This document shows positions 1 through 8,682 of a stretch of 64,000 bases of DNA, piece by piece. Source of the stretch: Candidatus Bathyarchaeia archaeon. GTDB lineage: Archaea; Thermoproteota; Bathyarchaeia; Bathyarchaeales; Bathycorpusculaceae. The DNA lies in contig JBEKWR010000003.1 in assembly GCA_049512935.1 (NCBI GenBank), forward strand, positions 96,001-160,000, given 5' to 3'. Within the stretch, counting starts at the first letter, position 1. Each line of letters starts with the position of its first letter. The notes beneath the pieces are model-generated. The model made no database searches and was not told where the DNA came from. It saw only the letters and a program-made list of their open reading frames with translations. A program made the position numbers and the translations under genes.

Positions 1-186
1 CGACCCATCCCAAAAGGAAAATGTTGCCCATAAAAAAGGAATTCTGTTTTTCAAGGTTCTACCATAAATTACATGGCTCTTTTTTCCGCTTCTTAACTTA
101 TCACTTTTCTGAACTGGTAAAGCGCGGTTTTTATTGCGAATCCTTTTTGTTTACCTCCTCAGCATAATTACCTTTAAGGGAAAATT

Positions 187-1053
187 GTGCCGTTAATCAC
201 GAAGTTTGACCCGTGGCAAAGCGGCTTGTGCACTTGTCCGCCGAAGCTAACGTTTAACCCTTACACGGGATGCGACCACCAATGCATCTACTGCTACGCC
301 TCCAGCTACATCCCCAACTTCCGCGATTGCAGACCAAAAAAGGACCTGCTAGCCACGTTGAAGCGGGAGGCGGCGAAGCTTAAGGGCGAAACCATTTCGC
401 TGTGCAACTCTTCGGACCCTTACCCGCGTGCGGAAGCGTCTGAAGGTTTGACTAGGCGATGCCTCGAAATCCTCGCTGAAAGCAACTGCAAAATTCAAAT
501 CATCACCAAAAGCAACTTGGTGGCTAGGGATGATGATCTGCTCAGCAAGGTTCCGTCAACCGTCGCGTTGACCGTCACGACCGAAGACGACCATTTAGCG
601 AGGCTTATCGAGCCCTTTGCTCCTCTGCCTTCAGAGCGTCTTAGGGCGGCTCAGGACTTGATAAAAGCAGGCATACCCGTCTCAGTGCGGTTAGACCCCA
701 TCATACCCCTCGTGAATGACCAGCCAGAGGGACTTATCGCGGATTTGGCATGCATAGGCGTCAAGCATCTGACGTGTTCCACTTACAAGGCTAGACCAGA
801 CAATTGGATGCGGCTCACCCGAGCCATGCCCCAAGTGGCAGAGAAGCTGAAGCCGCTCTATTTCCAGCAGGGCGAAAAAATCGGCGGCAGCACGCTTTTG
901 CCAAAGGCGCTCAGGTTCAAGCTTCTTAAGAACATGCGAGACTTGGCTTTGGCTCAGGGGATGAAGTTTGGGGTTTGCAGGGAAGGCTTAACCGAGTTGA
1001 ACACTGCGGCCTGTGACGGGTCATGGCTCATGCCTAAGGCGAAGGGGGCTTAG
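187..1053 (+). CDS. Radical SAM protein, spore photoproduct lyase (SPL)-like
   Basis: NPYTGCDHQCIYCYA CxxxCxxC motif; SDPYP, ITKS and EPFAPLPSERL segments typical of SPL-like proteins; 5 bp from dinB. Confidence 0.85.
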   Translation: MPLITKFDPWQSGLCTCPPKLTFNPYTGCDHQCIYCYASSYIPNFRDCRPKKDLLATLKREAAKLKGETISLCNSSDPYPRAEASEGLTRRCLEILAESNCKIQIITKSNLVARDDDLLSKVPSTVALTVTTEDDHLARLIEPFAPLPSERLRAAQDLIKAGIPVSVRLDPIIPLVNDQPEGLIADLACIGVKHLTCSTYKARPDNWMRLTRAMPQVAEKLKPLYFQQGEKIGGSTLLPKALRFKLLKNMRDLALAQGMKFGVCREGLTELNTAACDGSWLMPKAKGA

Positions 1054-1058
1054 CGTAC

Positions 1059-2162
1059 ATGCAGAACCGCGTGGTCATGCTTGTTGACTTTGACTATTTC
1101 TTTGCGCAATGCGAAGAGCTCCGCAACCCAGCTATCAAAGACAAACCCGTTGTGGTCGGCGTCTACTCGGGACGCACCGAGGAAAGCGGCGCCGTCAGCA
1201 CCAGCAACTACATAGCCCGAAAATACGCTGTCAAATCAGGTATGCCGCTGTTTATGGCTAAACGTAAGCTTGAGGGCACCGACGCGGTTTTCCTGCCTGT
1301 TGACCACGAGTACTACGAGCAAATTAGCAACCGCATAATGCAGATTCTCCGTGGCTATGCTACCAGCCTTGAGCAGGTCAGCGTTGACGAGGCTTACCTG
1401 GACGTTACGGAGCAGGTGCAAGGCAGCTTTGAGAAGGCAAGGGATTACGCTCAAAAAATAAAGGCTGAAGTCAAAAGCCAAGTTGGCATTTCTTTCTCCG
1501 TCGGCGTGGGCGCGAACAAGCTTGTAGCCAAGATTGCCTGTGACAGCCAGAAACCTGACGGCTTAACGATCGTGTTGCCTGAAGAAGCAAAGGGTTTTCT
1601 TGCGCCGTTAGCTGTTGATCGGCTCTTAGGCGTCGGGAAAAAGACTTCGGCGGTTATGGAATCTTTGGGCATCAAAACCATCGGTGACTTGGCAGGTTAC
1701 GATGTGCAAAGACTTATAGCCATTTGGGGCAAAATTCTCGGCATTTACTTCCACAACGCAGCCAACGCTATTGACAACGACCCCGTTCAGGAGCAGGGCG
1801 AGGCTGAATCCATAAGCCGAATCGGCACGCTAAAGCAGGATTCCCGTGATTTAGCGTTTGTTTTGCAGAAAACCGACGAGTTAACCGAAGACGTGGCGAA
1901 AGATGTTGCGGAGAAGAATTTGAGTTTCAAGCAGGTGTCGATTTACGTGGTTCTGACTGATTTAAGCAGCAAAAGCAGGTCAGTAACGCTTGAGCAGCCC
2001 GCCAAAGATAAAGAAACAATAAAGAGGAATGTTAAGGAGCTTCTCGGCAAATTCTTAAGCGAATCCCCGCTTGAAGTGCGAAGGGTCGGCGTCAGAGTGT
2101 CAGGCTTCAGCAGGGAAGAGCCAAGGCAAAAACAACTGACAAGTTTCTTTCAAGCAGGTTAA
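1059..2162 (+). CDS. dinB: Y-family DNA polymerase IV (DinB/Dpo4)
   Basis: VDFDYFFAQ, SVDEAYLD, KLVAKIA, KPDG, GVGKKT motifs; C-terminal PIP box QKQLTSFF. Confidence 0.95.
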   Translation: MQNRVVMLVDFDYFFAQCEELRNPAIKDKPVVVGVYSGRTEESGAVSTSNYIARKYAVKSGMPLFMAKRKLEGTDAVFLPVDHEYYEQISNRIMQILRGYATSLEQVSVDEAYLDVTEQVQGSFEKARDYAQKIKAEVKSQVGISFSVGVGANKLVAKIACDSQKPDGLTIVLPEEAKGFLAPLAVDRLLGVGKKTSAVMESLGIKTIGDLAGYDVQRLIAIWGKILGIYFHNAANAIDNDPVQEQGEAESISRIGTLKQDSRDLAFVLQKTDELTEDVAKDVAEKNLSFKQVSIYVVLTDLSSKSRSVTLEQPAKDKETIKRNVKELLGKFLSESPLEVRRVGVRVSGFSREEPRQKQLTSFFQAG

Positions 2163-2216
2163 ATCAGAAAAAAGCTTTTAGTCCGTGAATGAGCATTTAG
2201 ATTTGGGGTCAAATTC

Positions 2217-2813
2217 TTGTCCTGTGAGAAACCAAGTAAGAAAAAGCTGCCGCCTAATCAAGAAGTTACCGCTCGGCTTCTGCGTTGGGGCATCGACCAT
2301 CCGGGGATAACCTCCAGTAACCCCCAGCTTAAGCTTGAAACCTACACGTTGACGATCGACGGCGAAGTGGAAAACCCAGTCGTGCTCAGTTGGAACGACT
2401 TCATGAAGTTGCCGAAAACCGTTTCGACCAGCGATTTCCACTGTGTTGAGGGCTGGAGCGTTTTGGACTGCAAATGGGAGGGCGTAACAATCCGCGCGAT
2501 TGTACAACTTGTTAAACCGAAAGCGGAGGCTAAAGCCGTGACTTTTGAATCGGCTGACTCGTACACAACTTCGCTTTTCCGCGAGGAACTCAGCGGCGAC
2601 GACGTGCTCTTAGCTTACAAGCTTAACGACCGAGTGCTTGAAGAAGGCTACGGCTTCCCAGTGCGCCTCGTGGTTCCCAGCAAATACGCCTATAAGAGCG
2701 CTTTGTGGGTGGTGCATCTTCAGTTTACCCGCGGCAAAGCGTTGGGTTTCTGGGAGCGTCGGGGCTACAGTGACAGCGCGGACGTGTGGAAAAACGACCG
2801 TTTTAGGCGATAA
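2217..2813 (+). CDS. Molybdopterin-dependent oxidoreductase, sulfite oxidase/MsrP family
   Basis: DFHCVEGWS, GFPVRLVVP, YAYKSALW, GFWERRGY motifs. Confidence 0.9.
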   Translation: MSCEKPSKKKLPPNQEVTARLLRWGIDHPGITSSNPQLKLETYTLTIDGEVENPVVLSWNDFMKLPKTVSTSDFHCVEGWSVLDCKWEGVTIRAIVQLVKPKAEAKAVTFESADSYTTSLFREELSGDDVLLAYKLNDRVLEEGYGFPVRLVVPSKYAYKSALWVVHLQFTRGKALGFWERRGYSDSADVWKNDRFRR

Positions 2814-2960
2814 ACAATTAATTGTTACGTATGCAACACTTTACATATCAATTAGTTTTGTTCGATAAACTTCGAACATGTAAGAATAATTCCTCTGAAG
2901 CAGGACAACGTTTATAAGGTTGCTTTGATAACGCTTTGGACTCATCAAGAGGTAAAAAAT

Positions 2961-3122
2961 ATGTCTCAGGAAAATAAGCTCGCAAGGCACAGCCAAAACT
3001 GCAAAGTAGCTGCTAGCATGCCAGAATGCATAGTTGTAGCAGCCGACGTCAGCAGTGCAAAGGTTCCTTCACAGAAAAGAAAGGAACAAGCTGAGCCAAC
3101 CCTGTACCTAAAAAGAATTTGA
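2961..3122 (+). CDS. Small hypothetical protein (53 aa)
   Basis: TTTATAA box at 2911 and GAGGT RBS before ATG 2961; no recognisable domain. Confidence 0.45.
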   Translation: MSQENKLARHSQNCKVAASMPECIVVAADVSSAKVPSQKRKEQAEPTLYLKRI

Positions 3123-3573
3123 AACTTCTTTTCTCAACATTGCGCATTCGCAAGCAGCTTAGCGCTTAAAAGAAATTAACGCAGCGTTGAGCTTGCTGTT
3201 GATTTTGCTGTTGGAAAATAATGTTTCTTACAGCCGAAAAAACGTTGGCTACAGTTAAGGCTAAGTTGTTCGGCTCAAGTTGAGTTTTTTTGGAATATAA
3301 GGAAAATGTTTCATCAACAACAACATCAACAACAACGGCAGCTGGTCTGAGGGGCTAGTTCTTTCGGTTTGCGGCAAAACCAATTGTGTCATCATCATCT
3401 TCATCATTAACAACAATGCAACTTTTACGCTCTTTCTGGGTTGCCCGCAAATCAAAAGGTCTATGTGCGCAAAAAGTCACTTGCTAATCTTCTTTAACAG
3501 GAAACATTCTGTTGCGCTTTAAATCTTTTATACTTGATTACTCATCGGCTTAAAGCGGCAAGAAGGCAAAAAA

Positions 3574-4020
3574 ATGGATTACACCGAGGCTAAACTTGGA
3601 AGGGTCTTCATTCTTAGGCTTCGCCATGGCGAACGCATTCATGAAGTCATTGAAAAATTCGCCTCTGAAAAGAAGGTTTCCAGCGCATTATGCTTCTTTG
3701 TAGGCGGCGCGGAAGACAAGAGCAAGGTTGTCGTGGGACCGAAAGACGGCGAGGCGCTTCCTCCCATACCCATGGTAACACTGCTTAAGGGAGTTCATGA
3801 AAGCTGCGGCGTCGGGACAATCTTCGTTGACGAGGAAGGCAAACCGAAACTTCACATGCACGCCAGTTTCGGAAGAAACGACGCTGCGGTTACGGGATGC
3901 GTGCGGTTGGGCGTTGATGTTTGGCAGATTGGCGAAGTCGTCATTTTGGAGCTTGGTGACGCTTCGGCTAAACGGGTTAAGGATAAGAAAACGGGTTTTG
4001 AACTTTTAGACGTAGGCTAA
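3574..4020 (+). CDS. PPC domain (DUF296) protein
   Basis: GRVFILRL start, LHMHASFG motif, size. Confidence 0.85.
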   Translation: MDYTEAKLGRVFILRLRHGERIHEVIEKFASEKKVSSALCFFVGGAEDKSKVVVGPKDGEALPPIPMVTLLKGVHESCGVGTIFVDEEGKPKLHMHASFGRNDAAVTGCVRLGVDVWQIGEVVILELGDASAKRVKDKKTGFELLDVG

Positions 4021-4022
4021 GA

Positions 4023-5570
4023 TTACGTTTGAGTTTGGTTGAAGCGTACCAGAAAGAGCCGTTCGGGCATTTGACCGAAGAAAGGCTGGTCTGTTGGTAC
4101 GCCGAACCTTCCCGTGCTGTAAATCATGGCTAGGATGTCGGCGTAGGTTAAGGTGGTGTTGTAGAACGGCATTGTTGACCCGTAATCGTACAGGATTATG
4201 TATTTGACGTTGCGTTGTTCGCATAGGCTTACGAACTGGGTTATGTTGAAGTCAGGTGTGAAAGTGTCAACGGCAAGTTCTGGGTACTGCCAAATCTGGT
4301 TTTCAGACATGTTTGCAGGCATGTAAAACCAAAACATGTCCTGGTAGAAACTGTTGGAGGCGCAGATGATGACTGCCGACTGGTTTTGATCCAAGTGACC
4401 CGCCAAATAGTTCGTTGTGGCTTGAATGGGAATGCTAACCTCATCTCTAGCAGTCATCTCATAGGCGTTGTAACTGCTGTAAGCGATCGCGGATGCGGCG
4501 AGGAAAATGAAGGAGGCTGCTGCAAGTTTCTTGGTTCGAACCCCGCTGAGACCTGTCAAGTTGGGTTTCCAAGAGCGTACTTTCCCGTACAGAAAAACAA
4601 TGAAGCTGGCGGCTGACATGGCTAAGATTGGGAAAAGTACGTCTACGTAACGCCATTGTCTGTCTGGGATCAGAGTGAAGAAGGTGTAGATTGCTATGAA
4701 CCACGTAAAGAGAAAGACATCTTGCTTTTTTCTCCTGTAAGCGAACAATCCTAAACCGCAAAGGCCAAGCGCCATTATGGGCAGCGAGACTGGGTTAACG
4801 GGGATGCCGTTAAAAGGCGCAGTCATTTCAATCAGGTAGTAAACTGGGATGAAAAACCTGTTGCTGTAGGAAGGCCTGTTTTGTCCGCCAACTTGCACGA
4901 CGTAAAGGATGGTTTGAAACTTTGACGACCCGCTGAATTGGTAAATCATCAAAAACCAAGGTGCCACCACCAAAAGCGCTATTAGAACTATGACTATCAG
5001 CTTTGTTACGCTTATTTTCAGTCTTTTTCTGCAAAGAAACAGAATGCTCACGAGCATTGCGAGGGCTGCAACCAAAATCTGGTACTTCGCAAGGATGCCG
5101 ATGCCTAAGGCTAACCCGCATAAGACAAGCGCTTTGTTGCTGTTGTTTGTGATCCACGTGTAAAAAAGAAACATCACTAACGAGAAAAAGAATATGAGCA
5201 CCGTTTCCAGCAGCGTTACTCTTGAAACCCAGACGAACCCGGGCATCGTGGCAAGCAGAACGCTTGCGATCAAGCCGTTTCGGGGTCCGTACGCTTTCTT
5301 GGCAAACTCGAACACAACCCACACGGCGAGCAAAGCAAAAGTTACGGAAACCAGCCTTCCAGCTGTTGTGCTTACGCCGAAAACCTCTAGGTAGCCCGCA
5401 GTTATTAAGTCAAAAAAAGGCGGGTAGTAGCCGTTTATCGACAGGTAATTGTATGTGTTTCCCCGAGTTAGAAGCAAGCCGCCGTAAAGGTGAGGCATCT
5501 CGTCCCATTGCGGCGACATGTAGCCTAAGCTTAGGGTCAGAAGGTAAGCGTAGACCACGACGAAAGCCAA
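4023..5570 (-). CDS. GT-C fold glycosyltransferase (GT39/ArnT/PMT-like); frame stays open to a possible CTG start at 5684
   Basis: WDE motif, YYPP, LAKY, RY motif, many TM helices; GAGAGG precedes the in-frame CTG at 5684. Confidence 0.85.
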   Translation of the reverse strand: MAFVVVYAYLLTLSLGYMSPQWDEMPHLYGGLLLTRGNTYNYLSINGYYPPFFDLITAGYLEVFGVSTTAGRLVSVTFALLAVWVVFEFAKKAYGPRNGLIASVLLATMPGFVWVSRVTLLETVLIFFFSLVMFLFYTWITNNSNKALVLCGLALGIGILAKYQILVAALAMLVSILFLCRKRLKISVTKLIVIVLIALLVVAPWFLMIYQFSGSSKFQTILYVVQVGGQNRPSYSNRFFIPVYYLIEMTAPFNGIPVNPVSLPIMALGLCGLGLFAYRRKKQDVFLFTWFIAIYTFFTLIPDRQWRYVDVLFPILAMSAASFIVFLYGKVRSWKPNLTGLSGVRTKKLAAASFIFLAASAIAYSSYNAYEMTARDEVSIPIQATTNYLAGHLDQNQSAVIICASNSFYQDMFWFYMPANMSENQIWQYPELAVDTFTPDFNITQFVSLCEQRNVKYIILYDYGSTMPFYNTTLTYADILAMIYSTGRFGVPTDQPFFGQMPERLFLVRFNQTQT

Positions 5571-5866
5571 GAAAGCCAGCCGCCACTTATTGGCTTTAAC
5601 TGCACGTTTCAGCCGAGATGCTGCAGAATTGCTGCCTGACTGTGGCGTCGCATCTTGCGCTGTGTCTGGTTGTTTAATGGTCAGCCTCTCTCCCTATGGA
5701 AAAGCATTATTTCAAACCACGTAAAAAAGCGTTTGTTAAATCCCGCTTTTATCCTCTAAAGCTGTTAGAGTGATGCTTCGGTTTTTTGCCAAAAGAGTCT
5801 TATGGTAGGTGCAGAAGATGTAATGGAAACCAAACATGCCTTAAAGAGTTGGCAAGTGCCGAAACT

Positions 5867-6565
5867 ATGAAATTGTCAATCGTAATACCAGCGTACAACG
5901 AGGAAAAAAGGATTAGGCACACTTTGGAGTGTTTGGTTGAACGATTCAACGGTTCCTGCGAAATCATAGTCGTGTCAGAAAGTACCGATAAAACGAATGA
6001 CATCGTAAACGAATTTTCCAAGACTTCAGGGGTCGTCAAGCTTTTAGCGTCACCCAAAAGGCTCGGGAAGGGCGGAGCCTTCAAAAAAGGCGTTAGAAAC
6101 TCACGCGGCGAAATTGTCATGCTGCTTGATTCAGATCTTCCTGTTCCAGTTTCAGACGTTGAGAAGCTGGCTTCCTGCGTGGAAGACGTTGATGTTGCTG
6201 TCGCTTCAAGAGAGGTTTATGGGGCAAAAATTTTGGTTGAACGTCCCCCCGCGAGAGTGTTTGCGAGTAAGGCTTTCTCCCTGTTTTTCAATGCCTTGTT
6301 CAACCTTAACGTGAAGGATACTCAATGCGGTTGTAAAGCCTTCAAAAGGGAAGCGCTACAAAACGTTCTTTTCACCGTTGAAAGCGACGGTTTTGAGTTT
6401 GATGCCGAGTTGCTGTGGAAATGCAAGAAAAAAGGCTACTCTATAAAAGAGGTGCCTGTGACTTGGAGTTACACGACTGCCTCAAAACTTAACCTCGGAG
6501 AGGACACTTTGAAAATGGCGCTGGATGTTCTAAAGCTTTGGGTAAAAACGCGCACCGTCGCGTAA
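5867..6565 (+). CDS. GT2 dolichol-phosphate glycosyltransferase
   Basis: SIVIPAYNEE, GKGGA, DSD, DTQCGCK, FEFDAELL; divergent from the GT-C gene. Confidence 0.9.
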   Translation: MKLSIVIPAYNEEKRIRHTLECLVERFNGSCEIIVVSESTDKTNDIVNEFSKTSGVVKLLASPKRLGKGGAFKKGVRNSRGEIVMLLDSDLPVPVSDVEKLASCVEDVDVAVASREVYGAKILVERPPARVFASKAFSLFFNALFNLNVKDTQCGCKAFKREALQNVLFTVESDGFEFDAELLWKCKKKGYSIKEVPVTWSYTTASKLNLGEDTLKMALDVLKLWVKTRTVA

Positions 6566-6635
6566 AAGACTTAGAGCGGATTAAAGAACGTGCCGATTGA
6601 AATTAAAAGAAAAAAGAAGTTTTGTGTTGCTGGGT

Positions 6636-7946
6636 CTATATGAAGTGGACTTTTAGGGCGTGTGTTGAGCAGGAGATGCATGGGTCGTAGGCTCTGACGA
6701 GCATTTCCAAGGTGAGCTCGATTTCTTTTTCTGATTTGTCAAGAATCTTGGGTAGCAGCGCTTTTAGGTCTAATTCGATGTTGCCGTGGTTTTGATTTGT
6801 CGGGATTATGCAGTTGGCTTTAGTGCAGTATCCTTTGTCATTGTAAGTATAGTCATGGAACAAGATGCCTCTTGGGACTTCGACAGCGCCGATGCCGCGT
6901 CCAGCTTTAACTTTGATTTCTGGCTTATTGTATTCTGGTTGACTCTTCAAGCCTGCAGATTCCAGTTCATCGATGAGTTTGATTGAATCTTCCAAGCTGT
7001 GAACAACTTCTACAAGCTGCGCAATGCTGTTCATGAATGGGTTATGGCATACTGGTTTGAGGTCGAACATTTCCGCTGTCTGCTTAGCCATCGGTGAAAG
7101 CTTTTCGTAGTTCAGGTTCAATCTAGCAAGCGCCCCGACCATGTAAGATTCACGGGCGTGTTTTGCGCGTTTGGCGGTGGAGTATGGAACGATGTACTCG
7201 TTTGTGTATGATAGGTACTCGTTTACAGGCGCTATTCCTGTGTCGGTGGAGCTAAGCTTTCCGTCGTACAATGCATACTCGTTAGGGCTGGTTAAACCGA
7301 TGAATTCTGTTTCCCTTGTAAAATCAGGCAGTTTACCCGCTAAAGCCTTGATTAAACCTGCGACAGCTTGAACGTCTGGGGCAGATTCTTTCAGTTTCTG
7401 TCTAATAGCTGTTAACTCGTTTATTGATGGGATTTTTGAGAAGCCGCCAGGTAGAAGCCTTTGAGGGTGCGTGGTTCTGCCGCAAAGCAAATTAGACATT
7501 TCATTTGCTAGCCGATGCAAGCGCAGAACAGTTTTTACTTCTTTGGGGTTTGAAGCTGCAATTGGAATAACTGAACCCACACCCATCAGGTCGGGCAGGA
7601 CCAAGAAGCCTAAATGCAGAATGTGGCTTTGCAGGTTTTCACCGTGAAGCGCCAGTTTCCTTAGTTTCAGGTCTTGCTCGCTTATTTGGATGCCCATGGC
7701 TGTCTCAGTTGCTTTGAGCGATGCGAGCGTGTGGCCTATTGAGCAGATTCCGCAGATCCTAGACGTTATATGGTGCAGTTCGCTGTACTGGCGACCTACA
7801 ACCATCGCTTCAAAGAATCTTGGCGCTTCAGGTATTGCCCACTCGCATTTTTCTACCGTTCCTTCACGGACATTTACGTATATGTCACCGTGTCCTTCAA
7901 CTCGGGTAATATAGTGCACTTTCAGGTTTAAGTTCTGGTTTTTCAT
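6636..7946 (-). CDS. hydA: Group 3b [NiFe]-hydrogenase (sulfhydrogenase) large subunit
   Basis: TRVEGHG, RFFE, RICGIC (L1), VPRG, RAYDPCISCSTH (L2) with short cleavable tail. Confidence 0.93.
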   Translation of the reverse strand: MKNQNLNLKVHYITRVEGHGDIYVNVREGTVEKCEWAIPEAPRFFEAMVVGRQYSELHHITSRICGICSIGHTLASLKATETAMGIQISEQDLKLRKLALHGENLQSHILHLGFLVLPDLMGVGSVIPIAASNPKEVKTVLRLHRLANEMSNLLCGRTTHPQRLLPGGFSKIPSINELTAIRQKLKESAPDVQAVAGLIKALAGKLPDFTRETEFIGLTSPNEYALYDGKLSSTDTGIAPVNEYLSYTNEYIVPYSTAKRAKHARESYMVGALARLNLNYEKLSPMAKQTAEMFDLKPVCHNPFMNSIAQLVEVVHSLEDSIKLIDELESAGLKSQPEYNKPEIKVKAGRGIGAVEVPRGILFHDYTYNDKGYCTKANCIIPTNQNHGNIELDLKALLPKILDKSEKEIELTLEMLVRAYDPCISCSTHALKVHFI

Positions 7947-8680
7947 TTTCGTCTCTCCTGCCAACCAAAGTATAAACTAAACTTGCTAACTGCATCATCA
8001 ACTGTTAAGCCATATTTGATTAAGACTTCTTTTTCAGAATTCTCGTTAGGGTTATCTACCAAGCCTCGGCATCCCCAACATATCGTTCCTTCGTTGACGC
8101 AGCAGGAATCGCATCCTGCTCTTGTGACTGGCCCGACGCAGAATTGTCCCCTTTCGAAGGCACAGATATTTTCGTTCTTTTTGCATTCAACGCATACGGG
8201 GTAAGTGGGTATATCGGGTTTCTTTCCAAGCAACAACGATTTAACAACGCTGAGAAACTCTTCCTTGGTCATCGGGCACCCATACACGTAGGCATCTACA
8301 GGTATCACGGAGTCTATTGGCCTAGCGGCATAAGTATCAAATAGTCTTGCGCTGTCACCGTAAACGGTTTTTTTAACTTCGTCCAGTTCCTTGTAGTTTT
8401 TCAGCGAGTTTATTCCGCCGATAGCGGCGCATGAGCCGATGGCGACAACTACCTTAGCGTTTTTTCTTATTTGCTTTAGTCTATCTTCGTCTTGAAGTCG
8501 AGTGCATGACCCTTCTACGAAGGCTATGTCATAATTGTCGCTGTGTTCTTTCATGACTTCTCTAAAGCTCACAACTTCCACTTGATCAAGAAGGGCCAGT
8601 ATTTCTTCTTCCAAATTGGCGATTTGCAGCTCGTCACCCTCGCAGCCAGCAAAATCAAAGAAAGCTACTTTCGGCTTCAC
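7943..8680 (-). CDS. hydD: Group 3b hydrogenase small (delta) subunit
   Basis: GCEGDELQ, GSCA, GCP, VCVEC, CVGPVTRAGC, CWGCRG. Confidence 0.92.
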   Translation of the reverse strand: MKPKVAFFDFAGCEGDELQIANLEEEILALLDQVEVVSFREVMKEHSDNYDIAFVEGSCTRLQDEDRLKQIRKNAKVVVAIGSCAAIGGINSLKNYKELDEVKKTVYGDSARLFDTYAARPIDSVIPVDAYVYGCPMTKEEFLSVVKSLLLGKKPDIPTYPVCVECKKNENICAFERGQFCVGPVTRAGCDSCCVNEGTICWGCRGLVDNPNENSEKEVLIKYGLTVDDAVSKFSLYFGWQERRK

Positions 8681-8682
8681 CT

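Noticed and set aside
3306-3420. His/Gln-rich peptide MFHQQQHQQQRQLV as an attenuator leader
   Set aside because: Explained by CAA/CAT low-complexity repeats; no amino-acid biosynthesis gene or terminator pair follows.
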